This document shows positions 17,940-27,456 of a DNA stretch of 64,000 bases, piece after piece. The position numbers were made by a program, and so were the translations under genes. Source of the stretch: an uncultured Archangium sp. (lineage in GTDB: Bacteria > Myxococcota > Myxococcia > Myxococcales > Myxococcaceae); assembly GCA_903861945.1 (NCBI GenBank), contig CAIOWM010000156.1, positions 27,198 through 91,197 on the forward strand. The letters are read 5' to 3'. Every line of letters starts with the position of its first letter. Positions within the stretch are counted from its first letter, which is position 1. Under the pieces are notes generated by a model that ran no database searches, had not been told where the DNA came from, and saw only the letters and a program-made list of their open reading frames with translations.

Positions 17940-19833
17940 CGTCGTCCTCCTTCCCCTCCTGGGCTGTGCGGTGCTCGGCTCCGCGCGCGCGTGGGCCTGC
18001 GGCCCCGACTTCCCGCTCGAGTTTCTCTCGCGCCGCGACGAGGCGCTGGGGCAACTGCCCGACAGCCTCTTCCTGCTCGAAGCGAGCCGCCTCACCGGCC
18101 CGCCGAGCCCGCGCTTCGCCGTGGTCGAGCTCGAGGAGCCCGCGGGCTTCCGTGACGGAGGCGCCGCGCAGGAGCGCGCCCTCTACCAGGCCGGCGCGCG
18201 GCACTGGCACGCGGGAGAAGTGGCGGAGGCGCGCCGCGCGTTCCTCTCGTTGCTCGCGCTGCCCGAGGCCGAGCGCCGCACCTTCACCATCGCCGCCGAG
18301 TACAACCTCGCGCGCAGCGAGCCGGCCTCGGCGCCCCGCATGGCGAGCCTGCGCGCGCACGCCGCTGCCGGCTTCGACGACGGCCTGGGCCTCGCGGTGG
18401 CGAGCCTCGGTGCCGAAGCACGCGACGCGCTGCAGGCCGGCGACGACGCCCGGGCCGTCGAGCTCTACGCGAGCCAGGCCTCGCACGGCAGCCGGTCCGG
18501 CGCGGTGAGCCTGCTCTTCGTGGCTCGCGAGTTGGTGGCCCACCCGGCGCGCCTGGACCGCGCGTTGAAGTCGCCGCTGGTGCAGCGCCTGCTGGCCACC
18601 TACCTGTGGACCCGCTCCACCGAGAGCTGGTGGACGGACGGCAAGACGAGCTCCACGCCGGCGCAGGTGCTGGAGCGCCTCACCGCAGTGCCGCGCGTGG
18701 CCGGGGGCGATCGCCTGGCCGCGGCGCTGTACCGCGCGGGCCGCTTCGAAGACGCGCAGCGACTCGTCGAGCACGAAGACAGCCCCATCGCCCACTGGGT
18801 GCGCGCCCAGTTGCTGCTGCGCCAGGGCGCGCGCGAGGCCGCCGACCACGAGCTCGAGCAGGCGGCCGAGGGCTACCCGCTGAGCGAGCTGTGGACCGAC
18901 GAGTACACCGTCGAGCAGCGCCCCCGGCAGCAGCTGGAGCTCGAGCGCTCCATCCTCGCGCTGGGTCGCGACGACTTCGACGCGGCGCTGCGCCACGCCA
19001 TGGCCGGCTGCAGCTGGGCCGACGTGGCCTACCTCGGGGAGCGCGTGCTCGACGTCGAGAGCCTGGCGCGCGTGCTCGCCGCGCCGGCGCCCAACGTCGA
19101 CCCCTGCGCGGTGGTCACCGGCGACGCCGACCACAGCGGCGTGTGGGCGCCGAAAAGCCAGCGGGATGCCCTGCGCGCGGTGCTCGCGCGGCGGCTGCTG
19201 CGCCTGGGCCGCTTCGACGAGGCCCTGCCCTTCTTCGACGACGAGCCGCGGTTGGTCGCCGAGCAGTACGTGCGCCAGCTCGAAGCGGCCCGGAAGGCTG
19301 GTGTTCCGCTCGAGCGCGCGAGGCACCTCTTCGAGGCCTCGAAGCTCGCGCGGCGCCACGGCATGGAGCTGCTGGGCTTCGAGGGTCCTCCCGACTTCCG
19401 CTGGACCGACGGCCTCTACGAGCCCAGCCGGGAACCTTCACCCGCCAGCGCCGAAGAGCGCCGCCGCTGCGAAGCCAGCGCGCCGGAGGTGGAGCAGCGC
19501 TTTCACTACCGGGCCATCGCCTCGCGCCTCGCGGAGGAGGCCGCCAACCTGGTCTCGCCGCGCAGCCAGGCCTTCACCGCGCTGCTGTGCAAGGCCGCCG
19601 GCTTCGTCGCCTCGCGAGACGAGGTGCGGGTGCGCGCGCTGTGGAACCGCGCGGTGAAGGAAGGCCCGCTGCTGCGCGAGCCGATGCAGTTTGGCGTGCA
19701 GTGCCCCGAGCCGCGCTTCGTGGCGCCGCCGGAACCCAAGCGCGGGGTCCACGTGCGCAAGCGCTGGCTCGCGCTCGGCGGGGGCGTCTTCGCCCTGGCC
19801 CTGGCGCTCGGAGCCCGCAGGGCGCGGCGCTGA
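17926..19833 (+). CDS. Secreted/membrane-anchored hypothetical protein (signal peptide, helical/TPR-like body, C-terminal TM)
   Basis: The ATG overlaps the upstream stop. Signal peptide: MSRGSVVLLPLLGCAVLGSARAWA. The 600-aa body is Ala/Leu/Arg-rich and helical. The C-terminal hydrophobic segment is WLALGGGVFALALALGARRARR. Confidence 0.6.
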   Translation: MSRGSVVLLPLLGCAVLGSARAWACGPDFPLEFLSRRDEALGQLPDSLFLLEASRLTGPPSPRFAVVELEEPAGFRDGGAAQERALYQAGARHWHAGEVAEARRAFLSLLALPEAERRTFTIAAEYNLARSEPASAPRMASLRAHAAAGFDDGLGLAVASLGAEARDALQAGDDARAVELYASQASHGSRSGAVSLLFVARELVAHPARLDRALKSPLVQRLLATYLWTRSTESWWTDGKTSSTPAQVLERLTAVPRVAGGDRLAAALYRAGRFEDAQRLVEHEDSPIAHWVRAQLLLRQGAREAADHELEQAAEGYPLSELWTDEYTVEQRPRQQLELERSILALGRDDFDAALRHAMAGCSWADVAYLGERVLDVESLARVLAAPAPNVDPCAVVTGDADHSGVWAPKSQRDALRAVLARRLLRLGRFDEALPFFDDEPRLVAEQYVRQLEAARKAGVPLERARHLFEASKLARRHGMELLGFEGPPDFRWTDGLYEPSREPSPASAEERRRCEASAPEVEQRFHYRAIASRLAEEAANLVSPRSQAFTALLCKAAGFVASRDEVRVRALWNRAVKEGPLLREPMQFGVQCPEPRFVAPPEPKRGVHVRKRWLALGGGVFALALALGARRARR

Positions 19834-19913
19834 GCGTGCTTCAGGGTCGTGAGCACGCGTGACGCCAGGGAGCCCGCCTGCGCGCGCTCACCTGGCGTCG
19901 AGTTGCGTGGTCT

Positions 19914-21047
19914 TCAGCGGCTCTGCGCGGGGCGCAGCAGGTAGAAGGCCTCTTCGCCGGTGAAGCTGTTGAGCGTCTCGCCGCGAATGACCGCCGCGTC
20001 GCTCGAGGCCTGGGCACAGTCGACGGTGCCCTTGGCGTCGTAGCTGTTGCCCACCACCACGCGGGTGTGGCCGCCGTCGGAGGTGTCGGTGCCCTGGTGG
20101 TTGACGATGATGACGTCGCCGGGCCGCGCGATCTTGAGCAGCGCGTCGATCTTCGCCTTCGACTCCTCGGGGGTGCCCGCCCTGGCCGGCCACACTTCGC
20201 CGAGCTTGATCAACGGCGCGTCAGCCCCGCGGCTGTAGTTGGGGATCTCGATGGCGATGGGGTAGTTGCCGCCCGGGTAGTGCGGCGTCTTGGCGCCCCC
20301 GGCGAAGAGCGAGTCCATGCCGAAGAGGTTGCACTTCCAGCGGTTGGTCACGCCGAGCGAAGTCACCCCGGGCTTGGCGTTGTTGGGCACCGCCGGGTTG
20401 GGGCTCTTCCACGTACCGCCCACGCCGTAGTCCGTGGCGCGCGCGGCGATGAGGTCGCGGGCCGCCTGGGCGATGCGATCTCCATCGGCCACCGGGAGCG
20501 CCGGGCCGAACACCCCGCCGACGTTGGGCGGAGCGTTCTTCATCATCAGGTGCTCCAGGCCGAGCGCCGTCATCTGGTCGATGGTGCCGGTGACCGGCAG
20601 GCCGTTGTCCTTCTGGAAGGCCTGCACCGCCCGGGTGGTCTCGCCGCCGAAGCCACCGTCAGCTCCCGAAGGCAGCGACCACTCGGGCTTGCCCATGCGG
20701 TTGGACAGCGACTCGAGCGCGCGCTGGAAGGTGAGCACCGCGTCCTTCGACATGGCCTTGCCCTCGCTGAGGGTCACGGTGCCGCAGAGGACCTCGGCCG
20801 CGGCCCGGTTGTCGCCGATGGAGCGCAGCGGCGGGCGGATGACCACGTGCGCCTGGGGGGGCGAGATGGCGCTGAGCTCCTTGCCCGCGCCCACGTCGAA
20901 GAGATCGCCGTACTTCTGCGCCAGCGTGGCCAGCTCCGCACCCGTCACCGCCCCCGTGCGCACCGCTTCCTTCAGCTGCGTGACCTCTTCCTTGGTGATG
21001 CGGGCATCGGAGAGAGCACGGCGGACGACGCTGGACAGTGCGGGCAT
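19914..21047 (-). CDS. Peptidoglycan-binding-domain protein with a C-terminal putative Cys/His peptidase-like domain (candidate cell-wall hydrolase)
   Basis: Start at MPALSS. The PG_binding_1 signature is GETTRAVQAFQKDNGLPVTGTIDQMT. The C-terminal domain has a conserved Cys (NRWKCNLFGMDSL) and a downstream His (DGGHTRVVVGNS). No N-terminal signal peptide is evident. Confidence 0.65.
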   Translation of the reverse strand: MPALSSVVRRALSDARITKEEVTQLKEAVRTGAVTGAELATLAQKYGDLFDVGAGKELSAISPPQAHVVIRPPLRSIGDNRAAAEVLCGTVTLSEGKAMSKDAVLTFQRALESLSNRMGKPEWSLPSGADGGFGGETTRAVQAFQKDNGLPVTGTIDQMTALGLEHLMMKNAPPNVGGVFGPALPVADGDRIAQAARDLIAARATDYGVGGTWKSPNPAVPNNAKPGVTSLGVTNRWKCNLFGMDSLFAGGAKTPHYPGGNYPIAIEIPNYSRGADAPLIKLGEVWPARAGTPEESKAKIDALLKIARPGDVIIVNHQGTDTSDGGHTRVVVGNSYDAKGTVDCAQASSDAAVIRGETLNSFTGEEAFYLLRPAQSR

Positions 21048-21151
21048 GCGGAAAACCCCAGGGAGAAGAGAAAGGAACAGCGGATTGTCGGAGGCGCACC
21101 TACATTGTTGCTGACTCATTTTGAGCCAGCAACTTCAGTGCCTTACGTGTC

Positions 21152-24100
21152 TCAGTCAGCCCGTTCGATGACCTCGACCACCATTTGCCGCGGGGCGCGC
21201 GCCACGCCCTTCACCACGTAGAACGCCCTGGGGGTGCCCGAGCTGTAGCTGGGGGCGTCGTTGAGCAGGCGCTCGTGCCTGGTGCCCCGCTTCACGTACA
21301 TGCGCATGGGCAGCCCGCCCGAGTCGGTGCCCTCGAGGCCGGTGACGGTGAAGGCCTGGTACTCCTCCTTCTTCACGTCATCGAGCTGGTACTGGTTGTC
21401 GGGGTCGCGGATGACGATCTTCAAGGCCACGCGCTTGCCGTCCAGCGCGCTCCACTTGCCGGCGTCCTTCGCCACGTCCCACGAGCTGTCGGCGTAGTCG
21501 AACTGCGCCTCGCTGCGCGCCACGCCGGAGAAGCTCACCGGGAAGCTCTTCGCCCGCGCGCCGGAGGTCACCTTGGGGTTCTTGGGGAAGAGCAGCAGCG
21601 CCTGTTGCCAGTCGTAGGCCGGGGCGAAGCCCGTGCCCGCGACGCTGCCGGTGGCGATGACCGGCTGCCCGAGGATCTCGCGCAGCTGGTTCCAGTCGTC
21701 CATCTTCACCTTGCCCGGCACCGGCGCGACGCGGCTGACGTACACGTCGAACCACTTCTTCTCGAGCGGCACGCCCGACGTCGCCAGCACGTTGCCCGAG
21801 AGCTTCTTGAACTTGAGGTCGGCGAGGTTGCTCCATTCCTTGTCGTCCACCGAGACCCAGTCGGTCACGCGCTGCACGTTCGACCACAGGTTCTTGGAGA
21901 AGGTGTTGTTGGTGAGCTCGACGTCCTTCGCCTCGGCCGCCATGCGGATGGCGTCGTTGTCCGCGAACTCGAAGAGGTTGTTGTCCACGATGCTCTGGGT
22001 CTGCCCCTCGAGCGCGAGCAACGAGCCGTTCGAGCCGTGGCCCTGGCCGAAGTGGATCGGGTCCCAGGAGAACAGCATGGTGTTCGAGCGGATGACGGTG
22101 ACGCCGCCGAAGCCGCGCTCGACGCGCACGGTGCGGTAGGCGTGGTTGATGAAGATGTTGTTCTCGACGGTCTGGCCGCCGGCCACGCGGAGCGCGCCCT
22201 CGTCACCGTTCAAGAACACGTTGTTGCGGATGATGCAGCCGGGCTTCGCAAACCAGACGTGTTCCTTCTTGTCCGGGCTGTCCGAGTACATCAGGTCGCC
22301 GTCGGGCTCGTAGAGGTTGTTCAGCTTCTTGTCGAAGACGAAGCCGTCGACGAGGGCCCCGGTGTGATCGTTGGCGCCCTCGATGGTGTACCCGTCGCGC
22401 GTGCCCTTGAACTCCGCGGGGGTGAAGAGGCGCGTGGGGTGCTTCCACGGGTTGCGCTCGGTGAAGTCCTTGTCGTAGCCGCCGATGAGCGAGACGAAGG
22501 GCTGTTCGATCTTCCACTTCCCGGTCTTCAGCTTGCCGAAGTACTCGCCCTCGGTGACGTGCACGGAGTCACCGGCCTCGACCTTCTCCAGCGCCTGCCA
22601 GGGGTCCTTGAAGGGCTTGCCCTTGCTGCCGTCGCCGCCGCTCGAGCCGGCGCGCACGAACCAGTCACGGCCCGTGGGCCGCGCCCCTCCGCTGCCGCCC
22701 GCCGATGCGTCCTGGGCCTCGATGCTCTCGATGAAGAAGCCCGTCTTCGGCAGGCCCTTGAGCCCGTGGGCCACGCCGCGCGCGGTGTAGAGCTTGGGAG
22801 GCGTGCCACTGCCGGTGTACTGCCCGTCGTTCTCCTCGACGAAGCGCTGCGCCGCGGAGCCCTTCTTGTAGAAGCCCAGGAGGCGCTCGTGGTCGCCGCC
22901 CGCCGTGTAGAGCACCACGCCCGCGTGGTCGTCGGGCTTGTAGCCCGGGGGAATGCTGCTCACGTTCGCGCCGGTGGTGCCGATGGCCACGGTGATCTCC
23001 AGCGCCTGGCCGTCGACCGGGGCCGCGTTCTTCACCCAGCTGCCGACGTCGCTCTTGCCGTAGCTGCGCGCGGGGCCCGCCTCGGCGCCGCCCGTCCACC
23101 TCACCTCGAGCTTCACCACGCGCGCGCCGGCCTTGGTGGGCGCCTTGGGGGTCATCAGCTTGAGGGCCTTGTCGAGATCGTACGCCGGGCACACGCCGCT
23201 GGCGTTCTCGCCGCCGGTGCCCATGAGCGGGAGCCCCAGCACCTGGCGGGCCTTGTTCCAGTCGTCCATGTTCAACTTGCCGGGCTTGGAGGCGGTGCGC
23301 TTCGAGAAGCGATCGAGCCACTTCGGGTCCAGGTCGAACTTCGGGTTGAGCACCACGTTGTCGGCGACGGCCTTGAACCCGACCTCGTCGAGCGAGTCCA
23401 TCTCGGCGTCGTCCATGGAGATCTCCTCGGCCCCGCGCAGCACCTTCACGTTCGAGAAGAGGCTCATGGAGAACACGTTGCCGGTGAGCGTGACCTTGCT
23501 GGCGTCGGTGGCGAGGTAGATGGCGTTGTTGTCGGAGTTGGTGAGGATGTTGCCCACGATGACCGCCGGCGCCTTGATGGCCATGGCCGCGCCCTGGTAG
23601 CGCCCGGAGCCCGGCTGCTTGGGGTCCTGGGAGAAGGCGATGGTGTTGTTCTTCACGCTCGCCGCGGCCGTCTCGTTGGAGCTCTGGTTGATCACCAGGC
23701 CCCAGCCGTAGGCGTTCATGATCAGGTTGTTCTCGACGGTGGAGCCCTGGACCAGCGCCATGCCGTTCTGGCCGGGATTGAGCACCACGCAGTTGCGGAT
23801 GGTGACCGCGCGGTTGAAGTACATGGCGTCGGTCGCGGTGCCTGCCGGGTCGCGGCCGGTCTGCGCCTCGGTCTCGTACTTGTTCTGGTCGCGCATATCG
23901 ATGACCAGGCCATCGATGACCACGTTGCGCGCGGTGGAGCGGAGGCGCTCGTCCTTGGGCCAGTTCTTCGAGGCCGGGTCCCATTCGAGGCGGGTGAGGT
24001 TCTTCCACGGGTCGCGGGCCTTGAAGTCGGCGTCGTAGCCACCGAGGACCTGCACGCCGTCGAAGGGAATGGCCCACGTGCCGACCCGATTGCGGCCGAA

Positions 24101-24289
24101 GTACCGGCCCCCGGTGACGTGGATGGCGTCGTTGGCCTCGCACGCGTCGAGCGCCTGCCACGGATCGGCGAAGGGCTTGCCCATCGAGCCGTCGCCGCCG
24201 GTCGCGCCGTCGCGCACGAACCAATCACGCGCCATCGCAGCCGAGCTGATCAACACCAGCGCCAGGAAACCCAGTCTCATTGCCTTCAT
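21152..24289 (-). CDS. Large secreted right-handed beta-helix protein with an internal tandem duplication of a ~500-aa module (putative polysaccharide lyase/hydrolase)
   Basis: Start MKAMRLGFLALVLISSAAMA, a signal peptide. The first module begins RDWFVRDGATGGDGSMGKPFADPWQALDACEANDAIHVTGGRYFG. The second begins RDWFVRAGSSGGDGSKGKPFKDPWQALEKVEAGDSVHVTEGEYFG. Both share the N..N..N beta-helix rungs (ENNLIMNAYGWG / ENNIFINHAY) and the ...KMDDWN... motif. The ORF is 1045 aa. Confidence 0.8.
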   Translation of the reverse strand: MKAMRLGFLALVLISSAAMARDWFVRDGATGGDGSMGKPFADPWQALDACEANDAIHVTGGRYFGRNRVGTWAIPFDGVQVLGGYDADFKARDPWKNLTRLEWDPASKNWPKDERLRSTARNVVIDGLVIDMRDQNKYETEAQTGRDPAGTATDAMYFNRAVTIRNCVVLNPGQNGMALVQGSTVENNLIMNAYGWGLVINQSSNETAAASVKNNTIAFSQDPKQPGSGRYQGAAMAIKAPAVIVGNILTNSDNNAIYLATDASKVTLTGNVFSMSLFSNVKVLRGAEEISMDDAEMDSLDEVGFKAVADNVVLNPKFDLDPKWLDRFSKRTASKPGKLNMDDWNKARQVLGLPLMGTGGENASGVCPAYDLDKALKLMTPKAPTKAGARVVKLEVRWTGGAEAGPARSYGKSDVGSWVKNAAPVDGQALEITVAIGTTGANVSSIPPGYKPDDHAGVVLYTAGGDHERLLGFYKKGSAAQRFVEENDGQYTGSGTPPKLYTARGVAHGLKGLPKTGFFIESIEAQDASAGGSGGARPTGRDWFVRAGSSGGDGSKGKPFKDPWQALEKVEAGDSVHVTEGEYFGKLKTGKWKIEQPFVSLIGGYDKDFTERNPWKHPTRLFTPAEFKGTRDGYTIEGANDHTGALVDGFVFDKKLNNLYEPDGDLMYSDSPDKKEHVWFAKPGCIIRNNVFLNGDEGALRVAGGQTVENNIFINHAYRTVRVERGFGGVTVIRSNTMLFSWDPIHFGQGHGSNGSLLALEGQTQSIVDNNLFEFADNDAIRMAAEAKDVELTNNTFSKNLWSNVQRVTDWVSVDDKEWSNLADLKFKKLSGNVLATSGVPLEKKWFDVYVSRVAPVPGKVKMDDWNQLREILGQPVIATGSVAGTGFAPAYDWQQALLLFPKNPKVTSGARAKSFPVSFSGVARSEAQFDYADSSWDVAKDAGKWSALDGKRVALKIVIRDPDNQYQLDDVKKEEYQAFTVTGLEGTDSGGLPMRMYVKRGTRHERLLNDAPSYSSGTPRAFYVVKGVARAPRQMVVEVIERAD

Positions 24290-24574
24290 GTGAACTTCCC
24301 CCGGTACGTGAAGTACGCGAACGGCCTTCATGGCACGGGTCGTCGCCAACGCTGAAGCCTGAAGAAGAAATTTCGCGACGGTGCAAGGCACTGGGGGACG
24401 CGGGCGCCAGCCATCACGAGGGCAACGCCGAACCTCAACGCACAGCGCTGCGGCGCAAGTCGAGTCGACCATCGACACCATCACCATCGGGGCTGGTGAA
24501 CGGCCACGAGATTCTGCGACCGAGGGGCCACCCAGGCCTGCCTCGGCTTCGCGGGCGCATGCAGCGGGGCGCAG

Positions 24575-25507
24575 GTGTGCGCGGAGGACGGCACCGCGTG
24601 GCAGCCCTGCGTGTGCAGCGGCCCCACGGGCGGTGGTGGAGGCGGCGGTGGGAGTGATGCGGGCATGACGGGCGATGGAGGCCTCAGCGATGCGGGACCC
24701 GGTGGCGACTACGCCGTGTCCCCGACGGCGCTGAGCTTCGAGGCGTGCCCCTCGCGGACCAGCGGTGGCGCGGCGATCGCCGACGTCTTCCCCGACGTGC
24801 AGGTGGTGACCATCTCCAACCCGGCCTCCACCTCGCGCAGCCTCGAGGTGCGATTGCTGGGCAACGACGCCGGGCTGTTCTCGCTGCCCACGCCCGCACC
24901 GACGACGACCGGGGCCATGAGCTCGACGCCGGTGCAGGTCGCGTTCTCGCCGCGCGTGGCGGGACAGAGCCTCGCCACGCTGAGCATCGGCGCCCCGGGT
25001 GGCGTCGCGACGACGGTGACCCTGCTGGGCTCGACCCTCGCGCTGCCGCCGACCCCGGTGCTGGAGACCGCGCCGCAGCTCACGAACCTCTCTGGCTTCG
25101 CGACCTGCACCGACGCCTCGCCCCTCAGCGACTGCACGCTCGAGTTCCCCGACACGCTCTTCGGCCAGTCGAAGACCCTGCAGCTCAAGCTGCGCAACCG
25201 GGGCTGCCCTTCGCTCAAGGTCACGTCCATCACCCTCCAGGGCAGCTCGAACCCCGGCGCGAGCGACGGGTTCACGCTGGCTTCGCCGGCGGTGCTGCCC
25301 ACGGCCGGCAACCCGCTCGTGCTGCAGGTGGCCGACGGTACGGACGAGCGCACGTTGACGGTGCGTTTCACCGCGACCGATGACGGCTCTGGCCTCGGCG
25401 TGCAGGACCGCTTCGCCGTCATCTCGTTCACCAGCAACGACCCGGTCGTCGGTGATGGCGCCGTGAACCCCGCGCGGCTCGCGCTGGTCGCTCGCGCCAT
25501 CCGGTAG
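24575..25507 (+). CDS. Choice-of-anchor-D-like / Ig-fold repeat extracellular protein, with no canonical start or signal peptide
   Basis: Two beta-sandwich repeats: SPTALSFEACPSR...VQVVTISNPASTSRSLEVRLLGNDAGLFSL...VQVAFSPRVAGQSLATLSIG, and a second copy at ...LKVTSITLQGSS.... The frame is open upstream to 24500 with Cys-rich sequence (DRGATQACLGFAGACSGAQVCAEDG). No ATG or signal peptide is present. GTG at 24575 is the only candidate start. Confidence 0.5.
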   Translation: MCAEDGTAWQPCVCSGPTGGGGGGGGSDAGMTGDGGLSDAGPGGDYAVSPTALSFEACPSRTSGGAAIADVFPDVQVVTISNPASTSRSLEVRLLGNDAGLFSLPTPAPTTTGAMSSTPVQVAFSPRVAGQSLATLSIGAPGGVATTVTLLGSTLALPPTPVLETAPQLTNLSGFATCTDASPLSDCTLEFPDTLFGQSKTLQLKLRNRGCPSLKVTSITLQGSSNPGASDGFTLASPAVLPTAGNPLVLQVADGTDERTLTVRFTATDDGSGLGVQDRFAVISFTSNDPVVGDGAVNPARLALVARAIR

Positions 25508-25580
25508 CCGCGCGCGGGCGCCCGGAGAAGACCGCGAAGAAGCCGAAACCAGTTGGCCGCCGCTGGCTAGAGTTCGCGGC

Positions 25581-26789
25581 GTGCGCGCGCTCCCGCTCCT
25601 CCTCCTGCTGACCGGCTGCACCACCATCGGCCCTGGCGTGCTGCAGCGCTCGCGGGTGCGCTTCAACGAAGCGGTGAAGGCGACGTCCGAGCAGGAGATG
25701 CTGCTCAACATCGTGCGGCTCCGCTACACGGACACGCCGAGCTCGCTGGCCATCAGCAACATCGCGGCGCAGTACGAGCTCTCCGCGGGCCTGGGCGCGA
25801 TGCCCTTCTTCGCGGCCGGGGCCGACCGCGGCCTCAACTCGGTGCTGCCGCAGGCGACGCTGGGCGGGGCCGACCGGCCGACCATCAGCTTCACGCCGCT
25901 CGACGACTCGGAGTTCGCGCGCCGGCTCTTCACGCCGCTCTCGCTCGAGGGGATCATCTACCTCGCGAAGACGACGTGGCCGATCCAGACCGTGTTCCGC
26001 CTGTACCTGGAGAACCTCAACTGGGTGCCCAACGCGCAGACCGCGAGCGGCCCGACCCCCGCCCTCGCGCCGCCGGAGTCGCGCTTCCTCGAGGGCATGA
26101 AGGCGCTCCAGGTGTTGCAACAGCGCGGCGACCTCGTGTTCGGGCCCGAGGATCACCCCGAGCCGCTCGGCCCTCCGGTGGCCCAGGTCTCGTCGAGCGA
26201 CGTGCTGACCGCGACACAGCAAGGACTCACCTTCGTCGCGCGCCCCGGCGGTACGTGGCAACTCGAGCGCAGCGCGCGCCGCTTCGTGCTGCACCTCAAC
26301 CCCGCGGTCCTCGATTCGGCCGAGCTCCTGCTGGTGCGCGAGGTCTTTCACCTCAAGCCCGGCCGGGATCACTACGACGTGACGATCGAGTCGGCCGAGC
26401 CGTTCTCGCCACCGAAGGACGGCGCGGAGTCCATCGACCTCGAGACGCGCTCGCTGCTGCAGGCGCTGTTCTTCGTCTCGCACGGCGTCGAGGTGCCGTC
26501 CGAACACTTCGCGCACTCGCTCGCGCGGCAGACCAGGACCGCCGACGGCCAGCCCTTCGATTGGCACCCGACGATGGACGGGCTCTTCACCGTGAAGTCC
26601 GCGCGTGGCGGCTGCGGCCGGGAAGAGGCGAGCGTCGCGGTCGACTACGCCGGCTACTGCTTCTTCATCGACCCGACGGATCACGACACGCGCGCGACTT
26701 TCTCGTTGCTGATGGAGCTCTCCCGCCTCGAGCTCTCCGGTTCGGCGACGCGCGCCGGACCGATGCTCACCATCCCCATCGGGCGTTGA
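25581..26789 (+). CDS. Lipoprotein, hypothetical
   Basis: GTG start gives MRALPLLLLLTGC, a lipobox. The 402-aa protein has no recognisable catalytic motifs. Confidence 0.65.
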   Translation: MRALPLLLLLTGCTTIGPGVLQRSRVRFNEAVKATSEQEMLLNIVRLRYTDTPSSLAISNIAAQYELSAGLGAMPFFAAGADRGLNSVLPQATLGGADRPTISFTPLDDSEFARRLFTPLSLEGIIYLAKTTWPIQTVFRLYLENLNWVPNAQTASGPTPALAPPESRFLEGMKALQVLQQRGDLVFGPEDHPEPLGPPVAQVSSSDVLTATQQGLTFVARPGGTWQLERSARRFVLHLNPAVLDSAELLLVREVFHLKPGRDHYDVTIESAEPFSPPKDGAESIDLETRSLLQALFFVSHGVEVPSEHFAHSLARQTRTADGQPFDWHPTMDGLFTVKSARGGCGREEASVAVDYAGYCFFIDPTDHDTRATFSLLMELSRLELSGSATRAGPMLTIPIGR

Positions 26790-26991
26790 GTTGGGCGCGC
26801 ACCCAGGACGGCCCCGCGGCCTCGGGCAAGCGGTGTCCTCGACAATGCCGGCCCAGCCGGTGCGCGACCGCCACCGCCCAAAGCGCCGATCAGGAATGAG
26901 CCAGAGCAAAGTCGATCGCTTACGAGGCGGATCCACGAGGTCGGCAGCGGAGTGATCAGGTCGCCTCCTCACGGAGGTGACCCATGGAGCG

Positions 26992-27456
26992 ATGGAAGCC
27001 GACAGTGGAATGCAGTCCGCGCAGAAGCGGCTGCTGAAGGTCGCGGGGAAGAGCCGGAAGCTGGGGTCACGTACCGGCTGCTCGACGGACTCCACGCGCG
27101 GGTCGAGCATCTGCTCCAACTCGAAGACGATTTCTGAGAAGCGGGTCTCGCACGCTCTTACCGAGGCGCTGGTCGTACTTCTCGACGACGACAAGCTGCT
27201 CGCCATCCTCGAGAAGTCCTACGAGGACACCTCCTGTGCCCTCGCCGAGCGCGGAAACGACGCGGCCTATCTCCGCGCACGCCGTCGCTTGATGATCCCC
27301 CACGAAATCGCCACGAGCACGACGCCAACGAGGCTGGCTGAAACCACGAGGAGCGGCGGGCTGCTGAGTGGTGCATACCCGGCTCCCAGGAGGGCGCGCT
27401 CAGCAGGACTCAGGTCGCTGAGCGCAGTCGAGCCATCGCAGCCGGCCGTGCGGTAG
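26992..27456 (+). CDS. Hypothetical ORF in a low-GC islet (doubtful)
   Basis: GGAGG sits 14 nt upstream of the ATG at 26992. GC3 is high in frame, but the product is low-complexity with no motifs. The 3' end overlaps the minus-strand gene 27267..27752 by 190 nt. Confidence 0.25.
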   Translation: MEADSGMQSAQKRLLKVAGKSRKLGSRTGCSTDSTRGSSICSNSKTISEKRVSHALTEALVVLLDDDKLLAILEKSYEDTSCALAERGNDAAYLRARRRLMIPHEIATSTTPTRLAETTRSGGLLSGAYPAPRRARSAGLRSLSAVEPSQPAVR

